Positions 21,650 through 31,196 of a stretch of DNA of 64,000 nucleotides are shown here, in pieces (positions within the stretch are counted from its first letter, which is position 1; every line of letters starts with the position of its first letter). A program made the translations under genes and the position numbers. This DNA is from Microgenomates group bacterium (GTDB taxonomy: Bacteria; Patescibacteriota; Microgenomatia; UBA12405). The stretch covers positions 890,001 to 954,000 of the forward strand of contig JBAQNJ010000001.1 in the NCBI GenBank assembly GCA_049303675.1, given 5' to 3'. The notes below the pieces were generated by a model. That model did not search any database. It had not been told where the DNA came from and saw only the letters and a list, made by a program, of their open reading frames with translations.

Positions 21650-22253
21650 CTCCTAGGATACCCAATCCCACTCCAAAAATCAAACTCATGATTATGTAAA
21701 ACCCCGCCGCCAACCAGTTGCTATCGCCAAAAAATGCCATTGTCGCCAATGCCAAACATAGCCAAATGTTGACAAAGAAAAAGACAAAGCCTTTCTTGCC
21801 ACTTTTATACCACACAAATGACCTGTATTTGTCTCTCATCAAATTAGACAACAGATAACCCCCCACCAATATCAGTAGCACCAATATATTTTTCCATCCA
21901 AATGTCTGACCAACTTTTTCACTTACCCAAATAAAACAGACAAACAAATAATAAATAGGTAGTACGTCTTCTAAAAAAGACCATAGTTTCCAACCATATC
22001 TAACACAACACCACCACGTCCACAAGAACGCTAGTCCGATTCCTCCTCCAAGGTTAGTATTTTGGACTCTCCAAAATTGCCACCAACCAGCAAAATTAAA
22101 ATTAGTCAAAATACTTCCCCCGACCAGCAATACCAAAACACTACTCCATCCGTAGGAAATAAGTAAATTATCTTGATAGTCTTCATTCAAGTTTCGCCAA
22201 ATCAAATAGAGAAAAATAACTATCCCCAAAATTTTTATCATTCCCAAAACCAT
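21627..22253 (-). CDS. hypothetical membrane protein (possibly Lgt-like)
   Basis: 208 aa; Trp-rich with about 6 TM helices; sits beside the LspA-like gene; no clear Lgt signature. Confidence 0.4.
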   Translation of the reverse strand: MVLGMIKILGIVIFLYLIWRNLNEDYQDNLLISYGWSSVLVLLVGGSILTNFNFAGWWQFWRVQNTNLGGGIGLAFLWTWWCCVRYGWKLWSFLEDVLPIYYLFVCFIWVSEKVGQTFGWKNILVLLILVGGYLLSNLMRDKYRSFVWYKSGKKGFVFFFVNIWLCLALATMAFFGDSNWLAAGFYIIMSLIFGVGLGILGDVYGAKK

Positions 22254-22292
22254 AAGCTATTTTACACTATATATTTGTTATACTAGACCAGC

Positions 22293-22346
22293 TTTAGCCG
22301 AATTGGCGGAATTGGTAGACCTGTCTGCCGACAGGCAGGCGCGCAC
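22293..22346 (+). pseudogene. 5' fragment of tRNA-Leu (28-bp duplicate of the genuine tRNA 5' end) followed by an inserted hairpin
   Basis: tttagccgaattggcggaattggtagac at 22293-22320 is identical to 22582-22609; continues into hairpin cctgtctgccgacaggcagg, then gcgcac, then the GIY-YIG start codon. Confidence 0.7.
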
Positions 22347-22586
22347 ATGGATAACGAATACTATGTTTACCTACTTAAATGTAACGATGATTCGTACTAT
22401 AAAGGAATAACTTCAAATCTCGACAGACGATTCAAACAACACCTACTTGGTCAATGTCAATCAACAAAAAATAAGTGCCCTCGAATAGTTTTTGTTCAAA
22501 TTTGCAGAAATAGGTCGGAGGCAAGATATTTTGAGAAGTACTTAAAATCCGGCATCGGTCGTGAGATAATAGCAGAGTTAATTTAG
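22347..22586 (+). CDS. GIY-YIG nuclease-family small protein (YhbQ/UPF0213-like)
   Basis: 79 aa; YVYLLKC...YYKGITSNLDRRFKQH...E signature of the GIY-YIG fold; its stop codon overlaps the first base of the intact tRNA-Leu. Confidence 0.75.
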   Translation: MDNEYYVYLLKCNDDSYYKGITSNLDRRFKQHLLGQCQSTKNKCPRIVFVQICRNRSEARYFEKYLKSGIGREIIAELI

Positions 22587-22669
22587 CCGAATTGGCGGAA
22601 TTGGTAGACGCGCACGACTCAAAATCGTGTGGCAGCAATGTCATGGGGGTTCGATTCCCTCATTCGGCA
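22586..22669 (+). tRNA. tRNA-Leu (anticodon CAA)
   Basis: GCCGAATTGGCGGAATTGGTAGACGCG..., anticodon loop CTCAAAA, long variable arm, T-arm GGGGG-TTCGATT-CCCTC, acceptor 3' strand ATTCGGC plus discriminator A. Confidence 0.85.
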
Positions 22670-22673
22670 CACT

Positions 22674-22898
22674 CTATTTTTCATATATACCCACAGCTCT
22701 TAATATCAAATCTACACCTGTTTCTATTTTTCTTCCTATTGGTAGAGTGCAAAATCTGTTCTTATCTCTGTCGATACTCAACAATGTCAAGTTAAGCCTT
22801 TCTTCTGTTTTTATTCCCATTTCCAATTTTTCCTCGTCTGTAAAAGGTTTTAATTCCACTCTGTCTAATAATAAGAAAACATTACCCATATAATCCAA
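22674..22898 (-). CDS. hypothetical protein
   Basis: 74-aa ORF whose start abuts the stop of the upstream 134-aa ORF; the pair are probably co-translated. Confidence 0.35.
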   Translation of the reverse strand: MDYMGNVFLLLDRVELKPFTDEEKLEMGIKTEERLNLTLLSIDRDKNRFCTLPIGRKIETGVDLILRAVGIYEK

Positions 22899-23303
22899 TT
22901 ATACTACCTTCTTCTCTTCCATTTTTTCAAGCAACGATTCTCCCACAAAATAGGCTTCATTTGCCATATCTATCCATCTCGTCCTGTGAGCTGAACCATC
23001 ATGTTTTCCCCCCGTCATTGCCTTAGTTAGATCATTTAAAGCTCTCTGTTTTCGTACTACTGGGGCCACCACTTTTGTCAGTTCATGATCCTCATCAACT
23101 TTCAATTCACCCCCTCGATCATCGTTCGGCTCAAAATTTGAGCAAGGGTGAACCCCCATTACTCGCAATCCAAACATACCTAGACCTGTTATAACCTCAA
23201 TCTGCTCTTCAAAACCAAGTGGATCTGACCCCTGTGATCGTATCTCTAGGTGTTTTTTTGTCCACGACACCTGTCTCTCTAGTACTTCGCCGACAGTCTT
23301 CAT
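22899..23303 (-). CDS. hypothetical protein
   Basis: 134 aa; no recognisable domain. Confidence 0.45.
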   Translation of the reverse strand: MKTVGEVLERQVSWTKKHLEIRSQGSDPLGFEEQIEVITGLGMFGLRVMGVHPCSNFEPNDDRGGELKVDEDHELTKVVAPVVRKQRALNDLTKAMTGGKHDGSAHRTRWIDMANEAYFVGESLLEKMEEKKVV

Positions 23304-23335
23304 ATCCTATATTATATCACCCCTTCTTCTCCACA

Positions 23336-23686
23336 TCAAAAAAGCCAACCTCTCAATTTTTGAAAAATTATTATCAGGAGCAAAATTAAATCATGGATTA
23401 ACCCTGCAATCGCATAAGAAAATAATACTAACAAAATTCCTCCAAACAAATCTTTAAAACTAAAAATAAAACTCTTTTTCTTAAAACTAAAATTAATTAC
23501 AATTAAGGCCACAAACATCAGTATAAATATGTTTCTAAACCACAACCAATACGGTAAAATTACCTGTAAGTATTTAGTAGTTTGTATTACCACTGTTGGT
23601 GATATTGAACCTGCAACAAAAAAAACAGCGATCAACACGGAAATTGTCATAAAAGTCCCTGGTATATAGTAAAAATATTTTTTCAT
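23336..23686 (-). CDS. hypothetical membrane protein
   Basis: 116 aa, 3-4 TM helices. Confidence 0.45.
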   Translation of the reverse strand: MKKYFYYIPGTFMTISVLIAVFFVAGSISPTVVIQTTKYLQVILPYWLWFRNIFILMFVALIVINFSFKKKSFIFSFKDLFGGILLVLFSYAIAGLIHDLILLLIIIFQKLRGWLF

Positions 23687-23694
23687 ATATTATT

Positions 23695-25017
23695 TCACCC
23701 CTTCTTCTCCACATCAAAGTAGCTTACTTGCTTGCCATTGAAATACAAGTTGAACTGGCCTGTAGGACCATTTCTATGCTTCTCAATCGAACAAGTCACC
23801 AGTTCCCTCACTTCTTCATCTTCTCGATGTAAAAACATCACCACGTCGGCGTCCTGCTCAATACTCCCCGATTCTCGCAGATCCGACAATCTCGGCTTCC
23901 CCCCTCGGCTTTCCATTTGCCTATTGAGCTGGGCCAAGGCCAAAATTGGTAGCTTCAATTCTCTCGCCAAATTTTTCAAACCCTGTGAAATTTCCGACAC
24001 CTCCTGTACCCGATTGTCCCGCGACATTCCATGCATCAATTGTAAATAATCCACAATTATAAATTTAATTCCCTTGTCCACCTGCAATCTTCTCGCCTTT
24101 GTCCGGAGCTCAGTCACTGTCAGTCCTGGAGTATCATCAATATATAGCGGCGCCTCCGCCAAAACACCCATTGCTTCCGACAAAGATGTAAAATCATCGT
24201 CCGACAGTTGGCCTGTCTTCAGCTTCCATGCATCAATTAACCCCTGTCTCACCAACAATCTGTCCACCAACTCTTCCTTACTCATTTCCAACGAAAAAAT
24301 GCAGGTCGGCAATTTCTTTTCCACAGATATATAACGGGCCACATTTAATTGAAAAGCAGTCTTACCTACCCCTGGTCGAGCTGCCAAAATAAGCAAGTTT
24401 GAATCCTGCATTCCTGCCAACATCGAGTCCAGTTGGTGAAAACCAGTGGGGATACCTCTCATTCCCGTTCCCATCTTTTGCAACTCGTCCAACCGGTCAA
24501 AACTAGCTGTCAACACTTCTTTTAAAGATATTGGCACCGATTTTAAATGTTTTTGGGTTAGTGAAAATATTTCTTGCTCAGCATAATCCAATAGCTCGGG
24601 TGAGGATACTCCTTCATCAAACGATCTCTCCGAAATTCGCCCCGCTGCCGAGATTAATTCTCTCTTAGCCGATAATGATTTTATAATTTTTCCATAACTT
24701 TCCACGTTAGCGCTGGTCGGTACCTCATTAGCTAGCCTACTCAGATATGTCTTCCCCCCGACTTTCTTTAGACTTTTTAATTCCCGCAGTTTCTCCGACA
24801 CAGTCACAATATCTATTGGTGATCGGCCCTCATATAAATTCAGCATCGACTCATATACCTTCGCTTTATTCGGATCATAAAAATGTTCCGGCCTCAAAAA
24901 TTCCGATACCGCCAAAATAGCGTCATTGTCAATCAGGATTGATCCCAAGACACTTGTCTCCGCCTCATCAGAATGAGGTGGCATTTTTAAGGTATTTTCA
25001 TTCATGTAGTAAGACAA
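23695..25017 (-). CDS. dnaB: replicative DNA helicase DnaB
   Basis: 440 aa; N-terminal DnaB domain (TSVLGSILIDNDAI), RecA-fold Walker A GVGKTAF, Walker B IIVDYLQLM. Confidence 0.93.
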   Translation of the reverse strand: MSYYMNENTLKMPPHSDEAETSVLGSILIDNDAILAVSEFLRPEHFYDPNKAKVYESMLNLYEGRSPIDIVTVSEKLRELKSLKKVGGKTYLSRLANEVPTSANVESYGKIIKSLSAKRELISAAGRISERSFDEGVSSPELLDYAEQEIFSLTQKHLKSVPISLKEVLTASFDRLDELQKMGTGMRGIPTGFHQLDSMLAGMQDSNLLILAARPGVGKTAFQLNVARYISVEKKLPTCIFSLEMSKEELVDRLLVRQGLIDAWKLKTGQLSDDDFTSLSEAMGVLAEAPLYIDDTPGLTVTELRTKARRLQVDKGIKFIIVDYLQLMHGMSRDNRVQEVSEISQGLKNLARELKLPILALAQLNRQMESRGGKPRLSDLRESGSIEQDADVVMFLHREDEEVRELVTCSIEKHRNGPTGQFNLYFNGKQVSYFDVEKKG

Positions 25018-25582
25018 CTTCTAGACCTTCGGGTAGACTGTCCTTATCTGTCTTCAAGCTCGCTACCGCCTCCAGACCCTCACTGTCACTTGCATCTAGA
25101 AAATCGGTTAATTCTTTTTCACCCCTAGCACTTCCAATCGGCAGCAAATAGTTAACTCCCATACCTTTGGCTAATTTTAATATCATTTTATCTTTAGAAA
25201 TGTCGTTTTGGCTAATATCGGCCATCAACACATCCGCACTTCCAATTTTATCCAACTTTTTATCGCTCAGCTCTTCCTTTATTTGACCCATGACAGCCAC
25301 AGTCACCCCATCCACCACAATTGTATAAACCGTCCCCCCATTACCATCGCCCGTCCCCATAATCTCCACCCCACCTACTTCGTATTCACCCGGACCTACA
25401 ATCAAAATTCTATTCTCAATAGTTAATAGGCCAGTTTCTTTTTTTTGATTAAAAATCACAATTCTAGCATTCGATTTCTTCATCATTTCCTCATCAGGGT
25501 TAATCAAAACTGTTTCTTTTTTACCCACCAATTGTAATCCGTTTTTGTTGATTAATTTTATTTCCATAGCCAATTTTAACAT
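24998..25582 (-). CDS. hypothetical protein
   Basis: 194 aa; Gly-rich beta-strand-rich sequence; no catalytic signature identified; likely start at the internal Met (MEIKLI). Confidence 0.4.
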   Translation of the reverse strand: MLKLAMEIKLINKNGLQLVGKKETVLINPDEEMMKKSNARIVIFNQKKETGLLTIENRILIVGPGEYEVGGVEIMGTGDGNGGTVYTIVVDGVTVAVMGQIKEELSDKKLDKIGSADVLMADISQNDISKDKMILKLAKGMGVNYLLPIGSARGEKELTDFLDASDSEGLEAVASLKTDKDSLPEGLEVVLLHE

Positions 25583-25620
25583 TTAGAATCGTTTTTCGTG
25601 TTATTATCTATCAATTACCC

Positions 25621-26094
25621 ATGATCAAAGAAATCTTCCTAGCCATAGCCCTCGGCGCCCTGCTCGGTTTTGGTATTACCGGCAGCTATGTCTCCAACAC
25701 CAAAAAAAATAAAAAACCCATAATCGCCACCGCCATTCCCACGCCAGCAGAAATTGTCACCCTTTCCCCTAGTTCGCCCTCACCTACTATCAAAGTCTCC
25801 CCGACTACAGAGCTCACCACCACGTCTACTTCACTCACTGTCACCAACCCTCTCGATGAGACTATTGTCTCCAATTCATTAATAGAGCTCAAAGGCCAAA
25901 CCGTACCGAGCAGTTTAGTTTTTATCAACTCCAGTCAAAAAAGTTATCAAATCAGAACCGATGAAAAAGGTTGGTTCTCTCAAGAACTCGAGCTTGATTC
26001 TGGTCTCAATAATATCCAAATTGACGCCTTTGATCCCTCCGATAATCAGACTTCAGCAACCATCCAAGTTACCTATTCTACTGCCAAAATATAA
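25621..26094 (+). CDS. hypothetical secreted protein (signal anchor, Pro/Thr/Ser-rich linker)
   Basis: 157 aa; N-terminal hydrophobic helix, then a PT-rich linker and a beta-rich C-terminal domain. Confidence 0.5.
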   Translation: MIKEIFLAIALGALLGFGITGSYVSNTKKNKKPIIATAIPTPAEIVTLSPSSPSPTIKVSPTTELTTTSTSLTVTNPLDETIVSNSLIELKGQTVPSSLVFINSSQKSYQIRTDEKGWFSQELELDSGLNNIQIDAFDPSDNQTSATIQVTYSTAKI

Positions 26095-26800
26095 TATGAT
26101 CTCTACACTCATTGCCCTCACTCTCGCCACCATCACTCCTGCTCCATTACCCAGTCTCTTACCTAGTCCTTCACCAACTAACACCATTTCCGAAGATATC
26201 CAAAAAATTAGGCAAGCAGTTCAACAAAAAGTCAAAGAAAAGCTCCAACAAATAACTTCACCCACATCTATCAAAAAAGCCATTGTCGGCAAAATAGTTA
26301 CCATTAGTGATAGTGAAATTACTATCGAATACAAAGGCCAAGTTAAGATAATTAAATTAGACCCTACCCTAACCATAATCGACATTAATCGCAACAAAAC
26401 CTCCATCAACAAATTAAAAGTAGGTCAAGATATACTTGCTCTTGGAATTGAAAATAGCGAGGACAATAGTTTTGTTGGTAAACGCCTAGTTGTTACCAAT
26501 CTCACCTCTTCACTCATAAATAAAACAGTAACTATTGGCAAAATAGTAGATATTTCCAAAACTAGTTCCATTCTCACTCTCATCCCCAACCACAACAAGA
26601 ACACTCTTTTTCAAATTCGCCTCGATAGTAAGAGTGAATTTATGTCAGCCAACAACCACAAAATTAATCAAAACGAGATCAAATCTGGTCACAAAATAAT
26701 TGTAGTACTCCGCCCCGATCCTAAAACCATCAATACCTACATTGCCCTGCGAATAACCGATCTTGACTATCAACCCTCCCCCACTCCCACTAAAAAGTAA
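26095..26800 (+). CDS. hypothetical secreted protein
   Basis: Track ORF 25961..26800 trimmed to the Met (MISTLIALTLA) just after the upstream stop; signal peptide, then a soluble domain. Confidence 0.5.
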
Positions 26801-26945
26801 TTTGACAACCCTCATTTTCTTGTTACAATACTCTCAATGAATACAGTACTTGTGATCGGAAACTTTCACCATACCACCAAGTAATTGGCGGTAATTGCTG
26901 TATTCAAAAACAAGCTCCCGCCAAAAGATGCGGGGCTTTTTATTT

Positions 26946-27020
26946 GGTGATTGTAGCTCAATTGGTTAGAGCGCGTCCCTGTGAAGGATGAGGTTGCGGG
27001 TCCGAGTCCCGTCAGTCACC
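26946..27020 (+). tRNA. tRNA-His (anticodon GTG) with genomically encoded G-1
   Basis: G-1 + GTGATTG acceptor pairing with CAGTCAC, discriminator C73 opposite G-1, anticodon loop CTGTGAA, T-arm GCGGG-TCCGAGT-CCCGT. Confidence 0.8.
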
Positions 27021-27039
27021 CCTAGAATTTAAAAAAAAT

Positions 27040-27345
27040 ATGTCAGAAGAAAGAATTCAAAAACCAGGAGCAACATACATCAAATGTCCCAAAAATTGCT
27101 GTCTATTAGAGACTACAGCCCAACAAGATGTATATTGCAAAACTACCGGCGAGGTCTTTGAACCCCCCGAATATCGTGGCGCCTACAGCTTATCCGCGGA
27201 GCAACTATATACCTACTACAACCTCAATGTCTCTGGTCTTCCCGATAAAGATTTTGTCGATAGTTTATTTCCTCTACATCCAGATCATACCGTGGTCACC
27301 AACCGCAATGCGGGGTGCCTGCCTGCCGGCAGGCAGGTTGTTTGA
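27040..27345 (+). CDS. hypothetical Cys-containing protein
   Basis: 101 aa; its C-terminal residues are encoded by the CCTGCCTGCCGGCAGGCAGG palindrome. Confidence 0.4.
   Translation: MSEERIQKPGATYIKCPKNCCLLETTAQQDVYCKTTGEVFEPPEYRGAYSLSAEQLYTYYNLNVSGLPDKDFVDSLFPLHPDHTVVTNRNAGCLPAGRQVV
27318..27337. repeat. 20-bp perfect palindrome CCTGCCTGCCGGCAGGCAGG (one of two copies of this hairpin family)
   Basis: Near-identical to CCTGTCTGCCGACAGGCAGG at 22320-22339 inside the tRNA-Leu 5' fragment. Confidence 0.8.
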
Positions 27346-27372
27346 CCTAAAAAATTATTTTATTGAATCTCA

Positions 27373-27400
27373 AATCCCCCGCAACTGGGGGATTTTTTAT
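27373..27400 (+). terminator. Rho-independent terminator
   Basis: AATCCCCC-gcaact-GGGGGATT stem-loop followed by TTTTAT run. Confidence 0.7.
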
Positions 27401-27427
27401 TTCCCAAATTATTAAGTTAATTATATT

Positions 27428-27691
27428 ATGTCAAAAAAAACTAAACGAGAAGTACCCACATACTCCATCGACTATATTGTGGGATACACCTATTTAGACG
27501 GAACACCTGTCGTCAAATCTCTAGGTCCAATCTATCCACGCTGTGGCCCTGGTCAAGTTGATATCCAATGGGTTCCCGACAAAGACGGCAAACCGTATGG
27601 TGCCCCGTTGGAGTTAATGCCAATTGTTGAAAGAAAAGTATACAGACAGACAGCATATGTCCCAGGATCAGGAAACCCTGGTGGTCACTAG
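27428..27691 (+). CDS. hypothetical protein
   Basis: 87 aa; Gly/Pro-rich; no recognisable domain. Confidence 0.4.
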   Translation: MSKKTKREVPTYSIDYIVGYTYLDGTPVVKSLGPIYPRCGPGQVDIQWVPDKDGKPYGAPLELMPIVERKVYRQTAYVPGSGNPGGH

Positions 27692-27747
27692 ATCTACTAC
27701 TAGTAGGCACACGCCATGGCGTGTGCCTACTTATAAATTAATTATCA

Positions 27748-28998
27748 ATGTTAAAATCAACTATGAATCAACAAAAAGTTCAAACACTCAAAGGCTTTCG
27801 GGATTTTTTACCTGAGACTATGGCCGTTCGCAACTATGTCAAAAATCTATTTATTGAGGTTTTCGAATCCTTTGGCTTTGAACCACTCGAAACCCCCGCC
27901 CTCGAATACGCCTCGACTCTCATGGGCAAATATGGTGCCGAAGCCGACAAATTAGTCTATGCCTTCACCGATGCTGGTGATCGTGCCATTGGCCTACGTT
28001 ACGATCTCACCGTCCCTACGGCCAAGGTCCTCGCCCTAAATCCAAATCTACCCAAACCCTTCAAGCGCTATCAAATCCAACCAGTTTATCGTGCTGAAAA
28101 ACCTCAAAAAGGCCGTTACCGCGAAGTACTCCAGTGTGATATAGATATTTTTGGAATCTCCTCCCCCATCGCTGACGCTGAGATAGTTGCCGTCATCGAC
28201 AAAATTTTACAAAAACTCAATTTTAAAAAATACAGCATCCGTCTTAATAGTCGAAATATTTTAAATCAAATATTGGTCAATGCCTCAATCGATAGCGACA
28301 AAAACTCTATATTGCAATCACTTGATAAATTCCAAAAAATAGGTGAAGATGGAGTAACAAAAGAGCTCAATTCCAAAGGCCTAAATACCCTCCAAATCAA
28401 CTCTATTTTCGAACAAATTAAAAGTATCAAACCAGATCAATATTTAGAACAAGTTTTTACCTATTTAGACGACTACGGTGTCTCCTCTGACAACTATTGC
28501 TTTGACCCGACCATGGTCCGTGGCCTTGATTACTACACTGGTACAATTTTTGAAACCTATGTCGAAGAACCAAAAATCGGCAGCATTACTGGCGGCGGCC
28601 GCTACGACAATTTAATTAAAACTTTAGGAGGACCCGATATCCCTGCTGTTGGTACTACCGTCGGCCTCGACCGCATAGTTGATTGTATTATCGAATTAAA
28701 TCTATTACCCAATCTTTTAAAAACCAAAACCAAGGTTATGGTTGCCAATTTTGGCCAAGACAAACAGCAACTCTCACTATCCCAACAATTACGTAGTCAA
28801 AATATTAATACTCTCCTCTACCCAGCCCCCGATAAGTTAGGCAAACAGTTTAAATACGCCAACGATAAAAATATCCCATTTGTCGCCGTTATTGGACCAG
28901 ACGAAGCCGCCAAGCAGCTGGTAACTCTCAAAAACATGGCCACAGGCGAGCAAAACACAATCAAACAAGGCGAAATTGCCGAGTTTATGTTAAAATAA
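27748..28998 (+). CDS. hisS: histidine--tRNA ligase
   Basis: 416 aa; class II aaRS motifs ([26 protein letters not shown]) and C-terminal anticodon-binding domain; 0.7 kb downstream of tRNA-His. Confidence 0.92.
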   Translation: MLKSTMNQQKVQTLKGFRDFLPETMAVRNYVKNLFIEVFESFGFEPLETPALEYASTLMGKYGAEADKLVYAFTDAGDRAIGLRYDLTVPTAKVLALNPNLPKPFKRYQIQPVYRAEKPQKGRYREVLQCDIDIFGISSPIADAEIVAVIDKILQKLNFKKYSIRLNSRNILNQILVNASIDSDKNSILQSLDKFQKIGEDGVTKELNSKGLNTLQINSIFEQIKSIKPDQYLEQVFTYLDDYGVSSDNYCFDPTMVRGLDYYTGTIFETYVEEPKIGSITGGGRYDNLIKTLGGPDIPAVGTTVGLDRIVDCIIELNLLPNLLKTKTKVMVANFGQDKQQLSLSQQLRSQNINTLLYPAPDKLGKQFKYANDKNIPFVAVIGPDEAAKQLVTLKNMATGEQNTIKQGEIAEFMLK

Positions 28999-29003
28999 TC
29001 CCT

Positions 29004-29276
29004 ATGAAACAAGCCATTCATCCAAAATATAACGACAAATGTCAAGTTAGTTGTGCCTGCGGCAACAAATTTACCACTGGCTCTACTCTCGATGAGATAG
29101 AAGTTGAAGTTTGTAGCAAGTGTCACCCTTTCTTCACTGGTCAGCAAAAGTTTGTGGACATTAAGGGAAGAATTGATAAGTTCAAAGAAAAAGTCACCCG
29201 TGGAGCAACCTACAAAACAGCTAAGGCTGCCAAAGTTGCTGACAAAAAAGCCAAAAAAGACGAAACAAAAAACTAA
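29004..29276 (+). CDS. rpmE: 50S ribosomal protein L31
   Basis: [16 protein letters not shown]....V.VCS.CHPF. Confidence 0.9.
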   Translation: MKQAIHPKYNDKCQVSCACGNKFTTGSTLDEIEVEVCSKCHPFFTGQQKFVDIKGRIDKFKEKVTRGATYKTAKAAKVADKKAKKDETKN

Positions 29277-29325
29277 ACTTTTTTGATTTATACTTAATAC
29301 GTGATACGTAATACTTGATACTGTT

Positions 29326-30072
29326 ATGCCAACTATTAATCCCAACATCGCCCTGCTCGAATTCCGTCCCGGACCTGGAGGTGATGAATCCGCCCTGTGG
29401 ATGGAAGATTTGATGCACATGTATTCCCGTTATGCCACTAGAGTCGGCTGGAAAGTTAACCAAGTTGACAGCAACATCATTAAAATCACCGGTACAGGTG
29501 CCTTTGATCAACTCAAATGGGAAACAGGCACCCATCGTGTTCAACGAGTTCCTATTACCGAGAAAAAGGGACGTATCCAAACATCTACTGCTGCCATTGT
29601 TGTTCTTCCTCAAATCACCTCACATGATATTGTCATCAACCCAGACGATGTTGAAATGACTGCCTCCCGTGCTGGTGGTAACGGCGGCCAAAATGTCAAT
29701 AAGGTCAGTACTGCCGTCCGTCTCCTCCACAAACCCAGTGGACTAACTTTTTCAGTTCGTCAAGAAAGATCTCAAGAACAAAATAAATTAATTGCTTGGG
29801 ATTTATTGCGGGCCAAATTATGGCAAATAGAAGAGGACAAAAGACTAGCTGCCAATGGATCCACCCGCGACAAAATTGGACTAGCTATGCGCGCCGACAA
29901 GATTCGTACTTATAATTATGCCCGTAATCAGATCAAAGATCACCGTATCAACAAGGAATTCAATCTCAAAAATTGTCTTGATGGCGATATCTTTGACATG
30001 CTTCTCGAACTCACTGCCCTCGACACTCCCGCGGAACCGCCTTCTACTGTTTTTTCTCCAACTTCGCACTAA
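29326..30072 (+). CDS. prfA: peptide chain release factor 1, lacking N-terminal domain 1
   Basis: 248 aa; begins at the [14 protein letters not shown] domain-2 start; PIT (PxT) codon-recognition tripeptide; GGQ motif [13 protein letters not shown]. Confidence 0.8.
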   Translation: MPTINPNIALLEFRPGPGGDESALWMEDLMHMYSRYATRVGWKVNQVDSNIIKITGTGAFDQLKWETGTHRVQRVPITEKKGRIQTSTAAIVVLPQITSHDIVINPDDVEMTASRAGGNGGQNVNKVSTAVRLLHKPSGLTFSVRQERSQEQNKLIAWDLLRAKLWQIEEDKRLAANGSTRDKIGLAMRADKIRTYNYARNQIKDHRINKEFNLKNCLDGDIFDMLLELTALDTPAEPPSTVFSPTSH

Positions 30073-31192
30073 TTTCTAATTCTTTACCTTCTCTAAACAT
30101 CTTTATTTTTACAGTATCGCCTATTTTTTTATTACTGATATAACTTGCCAATGGTTTAGCCTTTTCATCACTTAACTTATTGCTATCAACTTCTATAATG
30201 ATATCCCCTACCTTCACTCCAGCTTTCTCAGCTGGACTCTTCTCCACCACACTCTGCACATAAGCACCCACCGGCACTTCATTTAAAATTGCCGATTGTT
30301 TACTAATCATCTTATAACCTACTCCAAAAAACGGTCTATCAAATTCGCCAGTTGTTTTGAAATTATCAATTGATTCTTTAACCAAATTTATGGGCAAGGC
30401 AAAGCCTATTCCTTGACCATTTTGTGATACTGCCACATTCACCCCTATCACCTCTCCACTTGAATTAAACAGAGGACCACCAGAATTTCCGGGATTAATA
30501 GCTGCATCAGTTTGAATAACATTATCCAGTCTCTCCGATCCTTCAATTGGACTGCCTGCGGTAATCCCTCTACCTAGACCGGAAATAACTCCTTTAGTTA
30601 CCGTCGACCTAAATTCTCCTAATGCCGTTCCAATAGCAATTACCGTCTGGCCCACCTTCAATTCATCCGAGTTGCCCAACTTTACGGTAGGCAGACTATT
30701 AACATCTACTTTTAATATTGCCAGATCGTTCATCGGATCTCTGTATATATTCTTTACTTCTACTACCTGATCCTTACCGATTACCACTTTATATTTGGCA
30801 GTCGAATCGGCTACCACGTGTTTATTGGTCACAATTAATCCATCACTACTAATAATAAATCCTGTACCAATATCCTGTTCTATCTTTTGTTCTTCTGGAT
30901 TTATTTGATTACCACCAAAAAAATCCCCAAAAATGTCCCAGCCAGGGAACATGTTTCCACTAATTACGTTTGTTTTAGAAATAGTTACTGTCACCACGCT
31001 GGGGGTAGCTTTTTCTACTACCTTCGTTACCACTGATTCCTCATCCACAATCTCTTTTGACCCCCCACTCACCACATTTAATTTATTTTCAATTTTACCC
31101 AATAGTTTGTATGTCACTACTCCCCCAGCTCCCATCAGCATTGCTCCTAAAACCATTCCTATAAAGATTGTTTTTAGTGTTTTTACTTCCAT
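30044..31192 (-). CDS. HtrA/DegP-family serine protease with PDZ domain
   Basis: 382 aa; catalytic triad context HVVAD, D...AILKV, GNSGGPL; C-terminal PDZ. Confidence 0.9.
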   Translation of the reverse strand: MEVKTLKTIFIGMVLGAMLMGAGGVVTYKLLGKIENKLNVVSGGSKEIVDEESVVTKVVEKATPSVVTVTISKTNVISGNMFPGWDIFGDFFGGNQINPEEQKIEQDIGTGFIISSDGLIVTNKHVVADSTAKYKVVIGKDQVVEVKNIYRDPMNDLAILKVDVNSLPTVKLGNSDELKVGQTVIAIGTALGEFRSTVTKGVISGLGRGITAGSPIEGSERLDNVIQTDAAINPGNSGGPLFNSSGEVIGVNVAVSQNGQGIGFALPINLVKESIDNFKTTGEFDRPFFGVGYKMISKQSAILNEVPVGAYVQSVVEKSPAEKAGVKVGDIIIEVDSNKLSDEKAKPLASYISNKKIGDTVKIKMFREGKELEISAKLEKKQ

Positions 31193-31196
31193 ATAT

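Noticed and set aside
22293-22669. tRNA-Leu interrupted by a group I or other intron
   Set aside because: The tRNA 5' segment is duplicated on both sides of the insert (28-bp direct repeat), which is incompatible with an intron. The downstream copy is a complete, uninterrupted tRNA.
24998-25582. Calling 24998..25582 an MBL-fold metallo-hydrolase
   Set aside because: It has a superficially beta-lactamase-like strand pattern but no HxHxDH motif. I left it as hypothetical.
25961-26800. 279-aa ORF overlapping the preceding secreted-protein gene
   Set aside because: The first 45 codons are in an alternative frame of the upstream gene. The Met at 26095, followed by a signal-peptide-like segment, is the plausible start.
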